From NCBI GenBank assembly GCA_963819295.1, contig CAWFVO010000001.1, positions 29,080-93,079 of the forward strand: a stretch of DNA of 64,000 bases, read 5' to 3'. Below the pieces are notes generated by a model that had not been told where the DNA came from, did not search any database, and saw only the letters and a program-made list of their open reading frames with translations. Position numbers and translations under genes: made by a program. This DNA comes from an uncultured Actinomycetota bacterium (GTDB taxonomy: Bacteria > Actinomycetota > Actinomycetes > Propionibacteriales > Nocardioidaceae). Position 1 is the stretch's first letter. Each line of letters begins with the position of its first letter. This document shows positions 52,674 to 62,646 of the stretch, piece after piece.

Positions 52674-54205
52674 ATGACCCGCAGCAACACACGACCCCGC
52701 CACCTCATCGCCTTGGCCGCCGTGCTCCTCGCCGGCGTCGGCCTCAGCGCCATCCCCGCACCCACGCAGGCCGCGGGCACGGAATCGCGGCCGGCGCTGG
52801 GCTTCCGGATCGGCCGAACCTCGCACGCCGACGGGAGCTGGGTGGGGCGGTACCGGGTCGGCGGCCAGTTTGCCTACCGCACCCAGCCCCGCAAGACCAA
52901 TGTCGAGTCCTCCTACCACCCCGCGCACCGGGTCAGCCAGGTGCCGCGCGCCAGCCTGGCGGCAACGGAGCGGTCCGCGTGGGTCCTCTCGACGTACGGC
53001 GGCACCCCTGACCGCCCCACGGCCGCGGCCGTCGACGTCGCCGTGAGCGCGCTTCTCAACCGCGGCAAGTGGCGGGTCGGCACGGCCTACACGGCCCGCC
53101 GGACCAACGCCACCGGCGAGGGACCCCTCCTACGCGCCTACGCGAGGATCATGATGCGGCAGTCGAAGCACCGCCACGGCCCGTACCAGGCGACACTCAC
53201 GGCGCTCCGGGTACCGGCCGGAAACCAGACCACCGTCACCGTCAGGGTGCAGAACAAGCAGGGCCTCGGGCCAGTCATCACCGACCAGCAGCGGGGTCTT
53301 GCCGTCGACGTCACGTACCCGGGCGCCGGGACCAGGACCGTATATCTGAACGACCACGGGGTCGGGCGGGTGTACTTCCGTGCCATTGCCGGGAGAACCC
53401 CGATCACTGCGTCCGTACGCACCGTGCCCGACGTCGCTCTGCTCGTTCGCCGCCCGAACAACAAGGCGGCCTCCCAGGTCGCCGTCGCCGGTCATCGAGC
53501 GGACTCTGAGGCTGCGGGTCTACGGTCTTCGGGGTCGGCACCCAAACCCTCACGATCACCAACAGCCCCGCCTCCGTCCTCGTCGGCCAGCCGCTACAGG
53601 GCACGTACAGCCTGACCGGACTGACCGGACACGAGACCGTGGACTACGCGGTGTACGGCCCGTCCACTGCTGGCGCACCCGCCTGCACCGGAACCGCGCT
53701 GACCACCGCGCAAGCAACCATCGGCAGCAACACCACCCACTCCCTGCCGCAATGGAACCTCGCGAGGACGGGCTACTACGCCTGGCAGGTAGCCGCGCGA
53801 GGGAACTCCACCACCCGGCCGGCGAGCACGTGCGGCACCGCATTCCTCGCTCAGAAGAACACCGTCACCAAACAGTCCCGGGTCGGTGTGGCCTACACGG
53901 TCAAGGTCGGCCACGAGTTCGGCTTGGACGTCATCGTGTCCGGGTTCGACCGGCCCGAGGCGCACATCGTGCGCACCCGGGTCTACGGGCCCTTCCTGCA
54001 CAAGGACAAGGCGCGGTGCACCGGCACCCGCCTCTTCCGTACCCTGCTCACCTCCATCGCCGACAACAAACGGTGGAAGCAGACCACGGTCGTCGACAGT
54101 GGCGGCGACACCGGCTTCTACGTCTTCCAGACGACGCTCGACGCCGGCACCTTCATGCGCAGCTCACATTCCCGCTGCGGCATCGCCATCCACGTGACCA
54201 GGTAG
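52674..54205 (+). CDS. Secreted surface protein: thioester-domain-like N-terminus plus repeated Ig-like domains (frameshift near 53500-53530)
   Basis: GAAAGGAAGG RBS; signal peptide ending 'PTQA'; two 'YGP..C..G(Y/F)Y.(W/F)..CG' repeats in the C-half. Confidence 0.7.
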
Positions 54206-54345
54206 CTCTCGGTCGAGGAGGAAGAACATCACGACAGAGACGTCAGGGTTCGGGGCCCCGACGCTGGCGGGGTCAGGAGAACCTCAGGAAGTCCCTGGAC
54301 ACTGGTCTCTGACCTGCCACCCTCCGCTGACTGACCTGGACTCTG

Positions 54346-54819
54346 ATGCCGCACGCCACCGCACCTGCCGCCACCGCTGATCCCGGGGGTAGCCACCCGG
54401 CTTTCGCCGGCACCGCTCGGACGACGCAGGCCTTGGTCCTCCGTGCCCACAGCCTGATCGACACGCTGGAGGCGTGGGCTCACGGCAGCCGGATCCGGTC
54501 GCTGAGCTGCCGAGTCTTCGTCACCCTGGTCGGGCCGCTGGTCGTCCTGACCGGCGTCGCTATGACAGTGCTCCCCGGCCCTGGCCTCGTGGTCGTCGCA
54601 CTCGGCCTGGCACTTCTGGCGCTGGAGTACGAATGGGCACGGGCGGCGCTGCGGTTGATGGGACGGCTGCTGACCCAGGCCCGCGACACCGCCCTCCCGA
54701 AGAACGGCTCAGGCGTCAGGCGGGCGCTCGGGGCGGTTGGCATCGGCGCGTTCTTCATCCTCACGTTCGCACTCACGACCGCGATCACGACGTACCTCGG
54801 CACGCGAGCGATCCTGTAG
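54346..54819 (+). CDS. PGPGW-domain membrane protein (TIGR02611-like)
   Basis: 'VLPGPGLVVVALGLALLALEYEWA'. Confidence 0.85.
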   Translation: MPHATAPAATADPGGSHPAFAGTARTTQALVLRAHSLIDTLEAWAHGSRIRSLSCRVFVTLVGPLVVLTGVAMTVLPGPGLVVVALGLALLALEYEWARAALRLMGRLLTQARDTALPKNGSGVRRALGAVGIGAFFILTFALTTAITTYLGTRAIL

Positions 54820-54910
54820 CAGCCAGACTGAGACGCGCTGAGTGCCCGGGATCTGGGAGCAACCGCGCCCGCACGCACAGCTTGCCCGGTACCTTCCCAG
54901 CGTCGCTCGG

Positions 54911-55327
54911 CTATACCCGAGGCCCGACGGGCGACCCAGAGGTGGAGGCCAGAGCCCTCGTCGAGACGATGTCCTTGCCCATCGGGAACAGAGAGATCGG
55001 GATCATCTTGAAGTTCGCCACACCGAGAGGGATCCCGATGATGGTGATGCACAGAAGAGCGCCGGTGATGGCATGAGCGATGGCCAACCAGATTCCTGCC
55101 AGCAGGAACCAGAGGACATTGCCGATGCCTGACCCCGCCCCGGCCCCCGGCTTGGTGACGACGGTTCGCCCGAACGGCCAGAGCGCGAACAGCCCGATCC
55201 GGAACGAAGCGATGCCGAACGGGATCCCGATGATGGTGATGCACCACAGCAGCCCCACGCCCAGGTAGGCGAGGAACATCCAGAATCCCGCCAGCACCAG
55301 CCACAGCACGTTGAGCACCAGTCGCAT
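54911..55327 (-). CDS. YccF-domain membrane protein
   Basis: Two internal repeats 'NVLW...G.W...ITIIGIP.G.A.F...P.G'. Confidence 0.93.
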   Translation of the reverse strand: MRLVLNVLWLVLAGFWMFLAYLGVGLLWCITIIGIPFGIASFRIGLFALWPFGRTVVTKPGAGAGSGIGNVLWFLLAGIWLAIAHAITGALLCITIIGIPLGVANFKMIPISLFPMGKDIVSTRALASTSGSPVGPRV

Positions 55328-55522
55328 GTCCGTCCCATTCCGTCGTCCAGTCTTGGCTCCACCCTCGCACCTGCGACGCCGGTCAACCTGTCGGCACCTG
55401 CAACGCCACCGTCGCCTTCGCCAACGCGTGCAGACCCACGGGTGCAGAGACAAGCCCCGCCTCGATCCAGGAGCGCACCTCGCGCTGAGGCTCTCAGTCC
55501 CGAGGGACGTCGTTCTCGCCAG

Positions 55523-55741
55523 TCAGCTGAGGATGAGGACCAGGCCTGTGGCCGTCATCGCCAGCGCGGCGGCGCTCAGCCAGGGACGCATCCTGTTGCA
55601 CAGGGTGATTCGCTCCCGGAGTACCAGGGGAACGGTCTCTTCGGGCAGACGACGTACGGCGACCGCGTTGCCTATCAGGACGACGCCCATCAGGATCCCG
55701 AGCTGGAGTAGTGCCGCTGCCACGGGTGGTGCAGTTTCCAT
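55523..55741 (-). CDS. Small 2-TM hypothetical protein (72 aa)
   Basis: AAGGAGAG RBS before ATG; two hydrophobic helices. Confidence 0.7.
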   Translation of the reverse strand: METAPPVAAALLQLGILMGVVLIGNAVAVRRLPEETVPLVLRERITLCNRMRPWLSAAALAMTATGLVLILS

Positions 55742-55821
55742 CCCGCTCTCCTTTGCTCGCGTCTCGAGGGGTCGCGGGTCTACCTAGATCGAGACGCTAC
55801 GCAGCATTGACGGCTTGTCGG

Positions 55822-55836
55822 GTCTCAATGTGAGAC
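55822..55836. promoter_or_regulatory. GTCTCA-N3-TGAGAC palindrome, copy 1 (overlaps the regulator stop codon)
   Basis: GTCTCAATGTGAGAC, identical to the copy at 58150-58164. Confidence 0.7.
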
Positions 55837-57648
55837 GTCCGAAGCTGCAGCGGGCGGCACGATCCCGTAGTCGTGGATCTTGCGGTAGATGGTTGCCCGG
55901 GACATCCCGAGTGAGCGGGCGGCGTCGGTCTTGCTGCCGTTGGCCTCGCCGAGGCACTTGACGATGGCGTCGCGCTCCATCGCTTCGAGGGGGCTCAGCA
56001 GCCGTCGGCTCACAGCATGCACCTCGGGGGGAAGATCCTCCGGCTTGATGCACCCGCTGCGACGGTGCTTGACCACTTCGAGCAGCAGGTCGTGAAGCTG
56101 CTGGGCGTTGCCCGGCCAGGACATGCGCATCAGGAGTCGCATTGCCTCGGGGGAGCAGGTGAGGTGGCGCCCCTGGCCCAGCCGCGACAGGAAGACCGGG
56201 ACGAGCAGCGGGAAGTCCTCCAGGTGCAGCCGCAGCGGCGGTAGCTGGACCGTGCTGGGGAACAGTCGCAGCAGTGGTTGCAGTGAGGCGTTGGCTGCTT
56301 CGCTGGCGAGAGTCACTGCCACCCACGGAGGTGTTGCACGGCTGGCCCGCGCTTCCTCCAGGGCGGCCGCGAGGCTGCGCAACGCGGGAGCGCTGAGCTC
56401 GTCCACGTGCCGTATCACGACTGTCTCTGCCTCACCGAGCAGCGTGTCGCGTGCTGCTGGCAACCAGGCGGAGTCGGTGGCCGCATCTCGCGCCTCGAGG
56501 AGCTCGAACCGCCCGATGGGCTGGCGGCGCAGCTGCACGGCCCGCAGGACCGCAAGCTTGCCGACGCCGGGCTCGCCCTCCACGACCAGCCACTCACGCG
56601 ACCGGAAGATCCGCTCCACCTCCTGGCAGGCATGCAGCCACGGCGGACCCGTGCCCACGAGGCTCGGGAGCGGCATCTGGTTCGTGGCCGTCGCTCGGGG
56701 GCCATGGCTGGTTCTCTCCTCCATGACGACATGCGCGACGATGCCTGAGCTCGGCTCGGCGCTGCCGACGCGTCGGCAGTACATCCGAGCGGTCAGACCA
56801 GAGGACAGCTCGATCAGACGCGTGCCGCGACGTCCTGCCGACATCGCGTCGGCCGCCTGCGCCAGAAGCGTCGACTGGTCGGCCGGCGTGAGCGAGGCTC
56901 GGGCATGGTCGTTCAACATGACCACATCGCGGTCGAGCGCGAGAACGATCCCGGTCGTGCGACTGCAGGTCCGGATGTACTCCTGGAAGAGCTCGAGCTG
57001 GGACGCGCTCGCATCGGCGAGCAGCGCCTGACGGATCTGCTCGGCGGTTGTCTTCGCCAGGGTCAGCAGCAACGACCCCGCGTCCTTGCGCCAGCAGGTG
57101 AGGTCCACGGCGCCTACCAGCCGCCCGGTGACCGGATGGTGAATCGGCACTCCGGCGCAGGCGAGATCTTCGAGGTTCTCGGCGTAGTGCTCATGTCCGA
57201 ACACATGGGTCGGGCCGCCGACCTCCAGAGCGGTGCCGATACCGTTGGTGCCCACCGACTTCTCGGCGTAGCTGAATCCGGGCGCCAGCAGGACTCGGTC
57301 GAGATGACGCTCGAGATCACCGTCCCCGGTCAGCCGACTGAGCACCACCCCGGCATGGTCGGTGAGGATGACACTGACCGACTGGCCTTGGAGCTGCTCG
57401 CTCAAGCTTCGCAGAACGGGTAGCGCGCTCCTGGTGAGTCGCGTGTCGAGGTGGATGTCGGGCTCGAAGATCATCTCGATCTTGTCCGCCGCGACGCTCA
57501 GGTCCGCCGACCGCCGCCAGGACGCGAGAATGGTGTCTCGAACGGTCCGCGGCTCAGGCGTCTCCTCGGTCAGGAACCGGATCCGGCTCTCAGCCACTAC
57601 TTTCTGGGCAGGTATCACCGCCCTGCTCGAGTTCGGAGTGGGCGTCAA
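55825..57648 (-). CDS. GAF - AAA+ - Fis-HTH transcriptional activator (MimR/AcoR-like)
   Basis: 'ILASWRRS', 'VGTNGIGTAL', Walker A GEPGVGK, 'WPGNAQQL', 'AARSLGMSRATIYRKI'; no GAFTGA; GGAGG RBS before TTG; divergent from prm. Confidence 0.92.
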   Translation of the reverse strand: MTPTPNSSRAVIPAQKVVAESRIRFLTEETPEPRTVRDTILASWRRSADLSVAADKIEMIFEPDIHLDTRLTRSALPVLRSLSEQLQGQSVSVILTDHAGVVLSRLTGDGDLERHLDRVLLAPGFSYAEKSVGTNGIGTALEVGGPTHVFGHEHYAENLEDLACAGVPIHHPVTGRLVGAVDLTCWRKDAGSLLLTLAKTTAEQIRQALLADASASQLELFQEYIRTCSRTTGIVLALDRDVVMLNDHARASLTPADQSTLLAQAADAMSAGRRGTRLIELSSGLTARMYCRRVGSAEPSSGIVAHVVMEERTSHGPRATATNQMPLPSLVGTGPPWLHACQEVERIFRSREWLVVEGEPGVGKLAVLRAVQLRRQPIGRFELLEARDAATDSAWLPAARDTLLGEAETVVIRHVDELSAPALRSLAAALEEARASRATPPWVAVTLASEAANASLQPLLRLFPSTVQLPPLRLHLEDFPLLVPVFLSRLGQGRHLTCSPEAMRLLMRMSWPGNAQQLHDLLLEVVKHRRSGCIKPEDLPPEVHAVSRRLLSPLEAMERDAIVKCLGEANGSKTDAARSLGMSRATIYRKIHDYGIVPPAAASDVSH

Positions 57649-57787
57649 TCCAATCCTCCAACATCTTCTCCGGGCTTCTCACCGTTGCGGGCCGGGACTG
57701 GACGCGGCAGCCGAGGTCCGAGGCTGTGCTCTCACGATAGGTGCTGCTCAGTACTGGGTCGAGTGTCGCTCGGACGACGCCGACGGG

Positions 57788-57815
57788 CTGTCTCAGAATG
57801 AGACAGCGATGTCTC
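57788..57815. promoter_or_regulatory. GTCTCA-N3-TGAGAC palindrome, copy 2, with an extra half-site
   Basis: CTGTCTCA-gaa-TGAGACAG followed by cgaTGTCTC. Confidence 0.8.
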
Positions 57816-57885
57816 GAGGCGGGCGTAGCGTCCAACGTATCCCGACCGACGAACCGTAGCCGGCCCACATCTGCGGAGGTTCGAC

Positions 57886-58134
57886 ATGAGTTCAGCGCAT
57901 GACGCGGACGTCGAGAGCTACAACCCCTGGAGTGTCGTGAACCTGGTCTTCACCCATCTCTCGGACCAGGGACTGCATCCGATCCTCGGCGAGAGCGGTG
58001 ACCCCGGTGCGCCGGCAGCGGCCCTTCTCGTGGCGCTCGGGATCGAGCCAGCGCCCGAGGGCAATCGCGAGGTCATGAGAGATGTCCGGGCACACCTCGC
58101 CGAGATTCGCGAGGCGATGTTCGAGAGCGAGTGA
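57886..58134 (+). CDS. Small acidic hypothetical protein (82 aa) upstream of prmA
   Basis: GGAGG RBS, ATG, coding-like codon usage. Confidence 0.75.
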   Translation: MSSAHDADVESYNPWSVVNLVFTHLSDQGLHPILGESGDPGAPAAALLVALGIEPAPEGNREVMRDVRAHLAEIREAMFESE

Positions 58135-58149
58135 GCGGTGCCTCGCACC

Positions 58150-58164
58150 GTCTCAATGTGAGAC
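58150..58164. promoter_or_regulatory. GTCTCA-N3-TGAGAC palindrome, copy 3, upstream of prmA
   Basis: GTCTCAATGTGAGAC about 65 nt before the prmA start. Confidence 0.8.
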
Positions 58165-58229
58165 CCGTCACCGCTCCTCGAAGGGCTTTGATACAGACGG
58201 AACTACTCGACGGACAGGAAGGAGTGGTG

Positions 58230-59882
58230 ATGACTCGCCAAAGCGTGGCCAAGGCTCATGAGAAGATCCAAGAGCTGGCCTGGGAGCCTCTTTACCACGA
58301 ACCGGTCTCCCAGTACGGGACCGACTACACGTTCCAGAAGGCCAAGAAGAAGGACCCCCTCAAGCAGGTACTCCGGTCGTACTTCCCCATGCAGGAGGAG
58401 AAGGACCACCGCGTGTACGGCGCAGCCGACGGCGCGATCCGCGGCAACATGTTCCGCCAGGTGCAGGAGCGCTGGCTGGAATGGCAGAAGCTCTTCCTCA
58501 GCATCATCCCGCTGCCGGAGATCTCCGCGGCGCGCGCAATGCCCCTCCTCTTCCGGACGGTGCCCAACCCCGAGCTGCACAACGGGCAGGCCATCCAGAT
58601 GATCGACGAGGTCAGGCACTCGACGATCCAGCAGAACCTCAAGCGCCTGTACATGAACAACTACATCGACCCCGCCGGCTTCAACAGCAGCCTGCGGAAC
58701 TTCCAGAACGACTACTGCGGCACCATCGGCCGTCAGTTCGCAGAAGGCTTCATCACCGGTGACGCCATCACGGCGGCGAGCATCTACCTGACGATCGTGG
58801 CCGAGACCGCGTTCACCAACACCCTCTTCGTCGCGATGCCGGCGGAGGCCGCCGCCAACGGCGACTACCTGTTGCCCACGGTGTTCCACTCGGTGCAGTC
58901 CGACGAGTCACGTCACATCAGCAACGGGTACGCGACCTTGCTGATGGCGCTGGCCGACGAGGGCAACCACCAGCTCCTGGAGCGCGACCTGCGCTACGCG
59001 TGGTGGAACAACCACCGGGTCGTGGACGCGGCCATCGGCACCTTCATCGAGTACGGCACGAAGGACCGCCGCAAGGACCGGGAGAGCTACGCGGAGATGT
59101 GGCGTCGGTGGATCTACGACGACTACTACCGCAGCTACCTCGTGCCCCTCGAGAAGTACGGCCTCGTGATCCCGCACGACCTGATCGAGGAGTCCTGGAA
59201 CCAGATCTGGAACAAGGGCTACGTGCACGAGGTCGCACAGTTCTTCTGCACCGGGTGGCTCGCCAACTACTGGCGGATGGACCCGATGACCGACAAGGAC
59301 TTCGAGTGGTTCGAGTACAAGTACCCGGGCTGGTACGACAAGTACGGCGCATGGTGGGAGAACTACGCGCGCCTCTCGACGCCGAACGGGCACCACCCGA
59401 TCGTGGCCGAGGACGTCAACTACCAGTACCCGCACCGCTGCTGGACCTGCATGGTGCCGTGCCTGGTCCGCGAGGACATGGTGATGGCCGAGGTCGACGG
59501 ACAGATGCGGACCTACTGTCACGAAGCCTGCCGCTGGACCGACGTCGAGGCCTTCCGTCCGACGTACCAGGGTCGCGAGACCCCGAACATGGGTCAGCTC
59601 ATCGGCAAGCGCGAGTGGGAGACGCTGTACCACGGCTGGAACTGGGCCGACGTGGTCTCCGACATGGGGTACGTGCGTGACGACGGCAAGACCCTGGTGG
59701 CGCAGCCGCACCTGGACCTGGACCCCAAGAAGATGTGGACGCTGGACCACCTGCGGCGGATGGGTCCGTTGCAGAGCCCCAACGTGCTGCTCAACGAGAT
59801 GACTCCCGACGAGCAGAAGGCGTTCCACGCCAACTACATCAAGGGTGGCCCCGCCGGTCGCCCGGCCCCGGCGGACGCCTGA
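58230..59882 (+). CDS. prmA: Propane/acetone monooxygenase hydroxylase large subunit (group 5 SDIMO)
   Basis: Di-iron ligands 'PEISA', 'DEVRH', 'AET', 'DESRH'; PrmA/MimA blocks '[24 protein letters not shown]', '[11 protein letters not shown]'. Confidence 0.96.
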   Translation: MTRQSVAKAHEKIQELAWEPLYHEPVSQYGTDYTFQKAKKKDPLKQVLRSYFPMQEEKDHRVYGAADGAIRGNMFRQVQERWLEWQKLFLSIIPLPEISAARAMPLLFRTVPNPELHNGQAIQMIDEVRHSTIQQNLKRLYMNNYIDPAGFNSSLRNFQNDYCGTIGRQFAEGFITGDAITAASIYLTIVAETAFTNTLFVAMPAEAAANGDYLLPTVFHSVQSDESRHISNGYATLLMALADEGNHQLLERDLRYAWWNNHRVVDAAIGTFIEYGTKDRRKDRESYAEMWRRWIYDDYYRSYLVPLEKYGLVIPHDLIEESWNQIWNKGYVHEVAQFFCTGWLANYWRMDPMTDKDFEWFEYKYPGWYDKYGAWWENYARLSTPNGHHPIVAEDVNYQYPHRCWTCMVPCLVREDMVMAEVDGQMRTYCHEACRWTDVEAFRPTYQGRETPNMGQLIGKREWETLYHGWNWADVVSDMGYVRDDGKTLVAQPHLDLDPKKMWTLDHLRRMGPLQSPNVLLNEMTPDEQKAFHANYIKGGPAGRPAPADA

Positions 59883-59901
59883 CCGCGCACACGAGCTAGG
59901 A

Positions 59902-59941
59902 CGGCGAGGAGCGTCGGCAGAAGTGCCGGCACTCCTCGCCG
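59902..59941 (+). other. Intercistronic stem-loop between prmA and prmB
   Basis: CGGCGAGGAGCGTCGGCA-gaag-TGCCGGCACTCCTCGCCG. Confidence 0.65.
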
Positions 59942-59969
59942 GTCTCAGGGGTCGAACTGGAAGGGAGCC

Positions 59970-61013
59970 ATGGGCGAGAAGCATGTCGTGCGATTCGAGC
60001 CGGTTGGCGTCGAGATCGAGGTCGACGAGGACCAGACGGTGCTGCGGGCCGCCGCCGAGCAGGGCATCACGCTCATGCACGGCTGCAAGGAAGGCCAGTG
60101 CGCCGCCTGCAAGTCGTTCGTGCTCGACGGAGAGGACATCGAGCTGGACAAGTACTCGACGTTCGCGCTGCCCGACTTCGAGCTGGAGGAGGGGTTCACC
60201 CTGCTCTGCCGTGCGCATGTCTACGAGGACGTCACCATCGAGCTCCTCAACTACGACGAGGAGATGCTCCGCTCCGGACACCCGATCCAGGAGGCGCGGG
60301 CCGAGGTCGTCTCCAAGGAGCTCGTGACCCAAGACATGCGCCACCTCGTGCTCAAGCTGGTCGAACCGACCGACATCGCATTCTGGCCCGGCCAGTACGT
60401 CGACATCGCGATCCCAGGGACGGACGCCACCAGGTCCTTCTCGATGGCGAACACCTCCAGCAAGGAGAGTGGGCAGCTCGAGTTCGTCATCCGGTGCTAT
60501 CCGGACGGCAAGTTCTCGCACTTCCTGGACCAGCAGCTCCAGGTGGGCGACCGGCTCGACCTGGTCGGACCGTTCGGAGTGTTCACGCTGCGCGATGGTC
60601 GGGACTCCGACATCGTCTTCGTGGGGGGTGGCGCTGGAATGGCGCCCATCCTGGCGGTCCTGCGGTCGCTGGCCGAGAAGGGGAGCGACCGGAAGGCGAC
60701 GTTCTACTACGGCGCCAGGACCCAGAAGGACCTCTGCTTCGAGAAGGAGCTGAACGCTCTGACCGAGCAGCTCCCCAACTTCCGCTACGTCCCGGCGTTG
60801 TCGGAAGCCGACGAGGAAGAACCCTGGGAGGGCGAGGTCGGGCTGATCACCGACATCGTCAAGAAGTACGAGACGGACCTCACGGATGCCGACTCGTACG
60901 TCTGCGGCCCTCCGCCCATGGTCGAGGCGGCCATGGACGTGCTCGGCGGCCTGGGTGCTCCCGAGAAGAACATCTACTACGACAAGTTCACCACCACCGG
61001 CTCATCTGACTAA
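59970..61013 (+). CDS. prmB: Monooxygenase reductase (2Fe-2S, FAD, NADH)
   Basis: 'GCKEGQCAACK...LLC', 'RSFSMAN', 'GGGAGMAP', 'YVCGPPPM'. Confidence 0.96.
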   Translation: MGEKHVVRFEPVGVEIEVDEDQTVLRAAAEQGITLMHGCKEGQCAACKSFVLDGEDIELDKYSTFALPDFELEEGFTLLCRAHVYEDVTIELLNYDEEMLRSGHPIQEARAEVVSKELVTQDMRHLVLKLVEPTDIAFWPGQYVDIAIPGTDATRSFSMANTSSKESGQLEFVIRCYPDGKFSHFLDQQLQVGDRLDLVGPFGVFTLRDGRDSDIVFVGGGAGMAPILAVLRSLAEKGSDRKATFYYGARTQKDLCFEKELNALTEQLPNFRYVPALSEADEEEPWEGEVGLITDIVKKYETDLTDADSYVCGPPPMVEAAMDVLGGLGAPEKNIYYDKFTTTGSSD

Positions 61014-61040
61014 CCACAAGGAAAGCGAGGCCGATCGATC

Positions 61041-62209
61041 ATGACCACCGAGGAACGCAGCTCACCGAAGCCGGAGTTCACCGACGCCGAAGCCGGGGCC
61101 AAGGTGTTCCCCGACTCGACGCTTCGCCACTACAACTACTACACGCCGCAGAAGCGCAAGCAGTCCCACTACGAGGACGTCACGGTCGAGGTGCAGCCCG
61201 ACCCGCGGCACTACCTCGCCCAGGGCTGGCTCTACGGCTTCTCCGATGGTCAAGGTGGGTACCCGCTCGACTGGACGGCCCTCAAGGCCTGGGGTGTCGA
61301 TCGCCCCGAGCCGGAGCGCTTCCCCGGCTCGGGCGGCAAAGGGCTACGAATGGCCGGCGCACGGCTGGCACGAGTTCCGCGACCCCAACGAGGAGTGGGA
61401 GCTCACGTTCTACCGCAACAACTCCAACGTGGTGCGGCAGATCAACCAGAACGTCGACACCGCTCGGGAGACCAAGGCGTTCGACCAGTGGAACCCCAAC
61501 TGGGTGACCTTCGTGGAGCGCAACGTCGGCGCCTGGATGCACGTCGAGCACGGACTCGGCCTCTACCTCTTCGCGAACGCCCAGCGTCGTGCACCCACCA
61601 ACATGCACAACAACGCGATCTCCGTGAACAGCATGCACCGGATCCGGTTCGCCCAGGACCTGGCGCTGTACAACCTCACACTCAGCGAGGAGATCGAGGC
61701 GTTCGACGGTGCCGCCCACGTGGACACGTGGAACAACGACCCCGCCTGGCAGGGCGTACGTCGCGTGTCCGAGCAGCTCACCGGGATCGACGACTGGGCC
61801 GAGGCGATCTTCGCCGCGAACGTGGTCTTCGAGCCTCTGATCGGTGAGCTGTTCCGCAGCCAGCTGGTGCAGCAGGCGTCGCCGGGCAACGGTGACTTCG
61901 TGACGCCGACGGTCGTCGGTGCGGGTGAGTGGGACTACGCCTCACGCGACCTGCGCTACACGAAGGCGATGTTCGAGCTTCTCACCAACGACAAGGAGTT
62001 CGCCGACTACAACAAGGACCTGATGTCCGCAGTGGCTCTCGAACTGGGTGCCGAAGTGCCTGGTCGCAGCCCGCGAGCTGCAACCGCTCTGGTCGCAGCC
62101 CGACGCCAAGCCGCCTCGCTTCGAGGACGGTCTCGACCGGGCCAAGAGGCGGTTCAGCGGGATCTTGTCCGACCTGAGCCTCAACGACCCGAAGGAGCTG
62201 ACCCAGTGA
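61041..62209 (+). CDS. prmC: Monooxygenase hydroxylase small subunit (frameshifts near 61340 and 62030)
   Basis: '[16 protein letters not shown]', '[12 protein letters not shown]', '[12 protein letters not shown]', '[12 protein letters not shown]', 'NGDFVTPT'. Confidence 0.93.
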
Positions 62210-62604
62210 GCGGCTACCAGTCGACCAAGACGGCCTACGCGACGACCGAGAGCGCGTTCAAGGCCGACAACACGGCCTCGAACAAGTGCGGCGTCACCTT
62301 GATGAACAACCAGGTCGGGGCAGTCGTCGCGGAGGTCATGAGCCACAAGGAGGGAGTCACCATCACGAGGCTGCCCTCCATGATCCGGGTCGACGGGATC
62401 AACCGGATGGACTTCGACTACGACGAGATCTCCGAGGCGCTCGGTGAGGAGGAAGGCTTCTACGACGCGGCCCAGTTCGAGGAGAACATGTCGACGCACT
62501 ACGGCCGGATGATCCACGAGGACGACCGGACGATCATGTTCGCCAACCCCGAGGACGCCGCGGAGTACATCGGTTTCGACCTGCCGACCTTCGAGAAGAA
62601 GTGA
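62206..62604 (+). CDS. prmD: Monooxygenase coupling/effector protein (MmoB/DmpM family)
   Basis: '[14 protein letters not shown]', 'PSMIRVDG', '[12 protein letters not shown]', '[10 protein letters not shown]'; AAGGAG RBS, GTGA overlap. Confidence 0.93.
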   Translation: MSGYQSTKTAYATTESAFKADNTASNKCGVTLMNNQVGAVVAEVMSHKEGVTITRLPSMIRVDGINRMDFDYDEISEALGEEEGFYDAAQFEENMSTHYGRMIHEDDRTIMFANPEDAAEYIGFDLPTFEKK

Positions 62605-62646
62605 CCCTGCACCGCATACCCACGCCGACTCGCTGAAGGAGGACAC

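Noticed and set aside
57650-58229. Sigma54 (-24/-12) promoter for prm
   Set aside because: No TGGCAC-N5-TTGC seen and the activator lacks GAFTGA.
61246-62604. 452-aa PrmC-PrmD fusion ORF
   Set aside because: Produced by an indel near 62030; prmD has its own RBS and GTG at 62206 overlapping the prmC stop.
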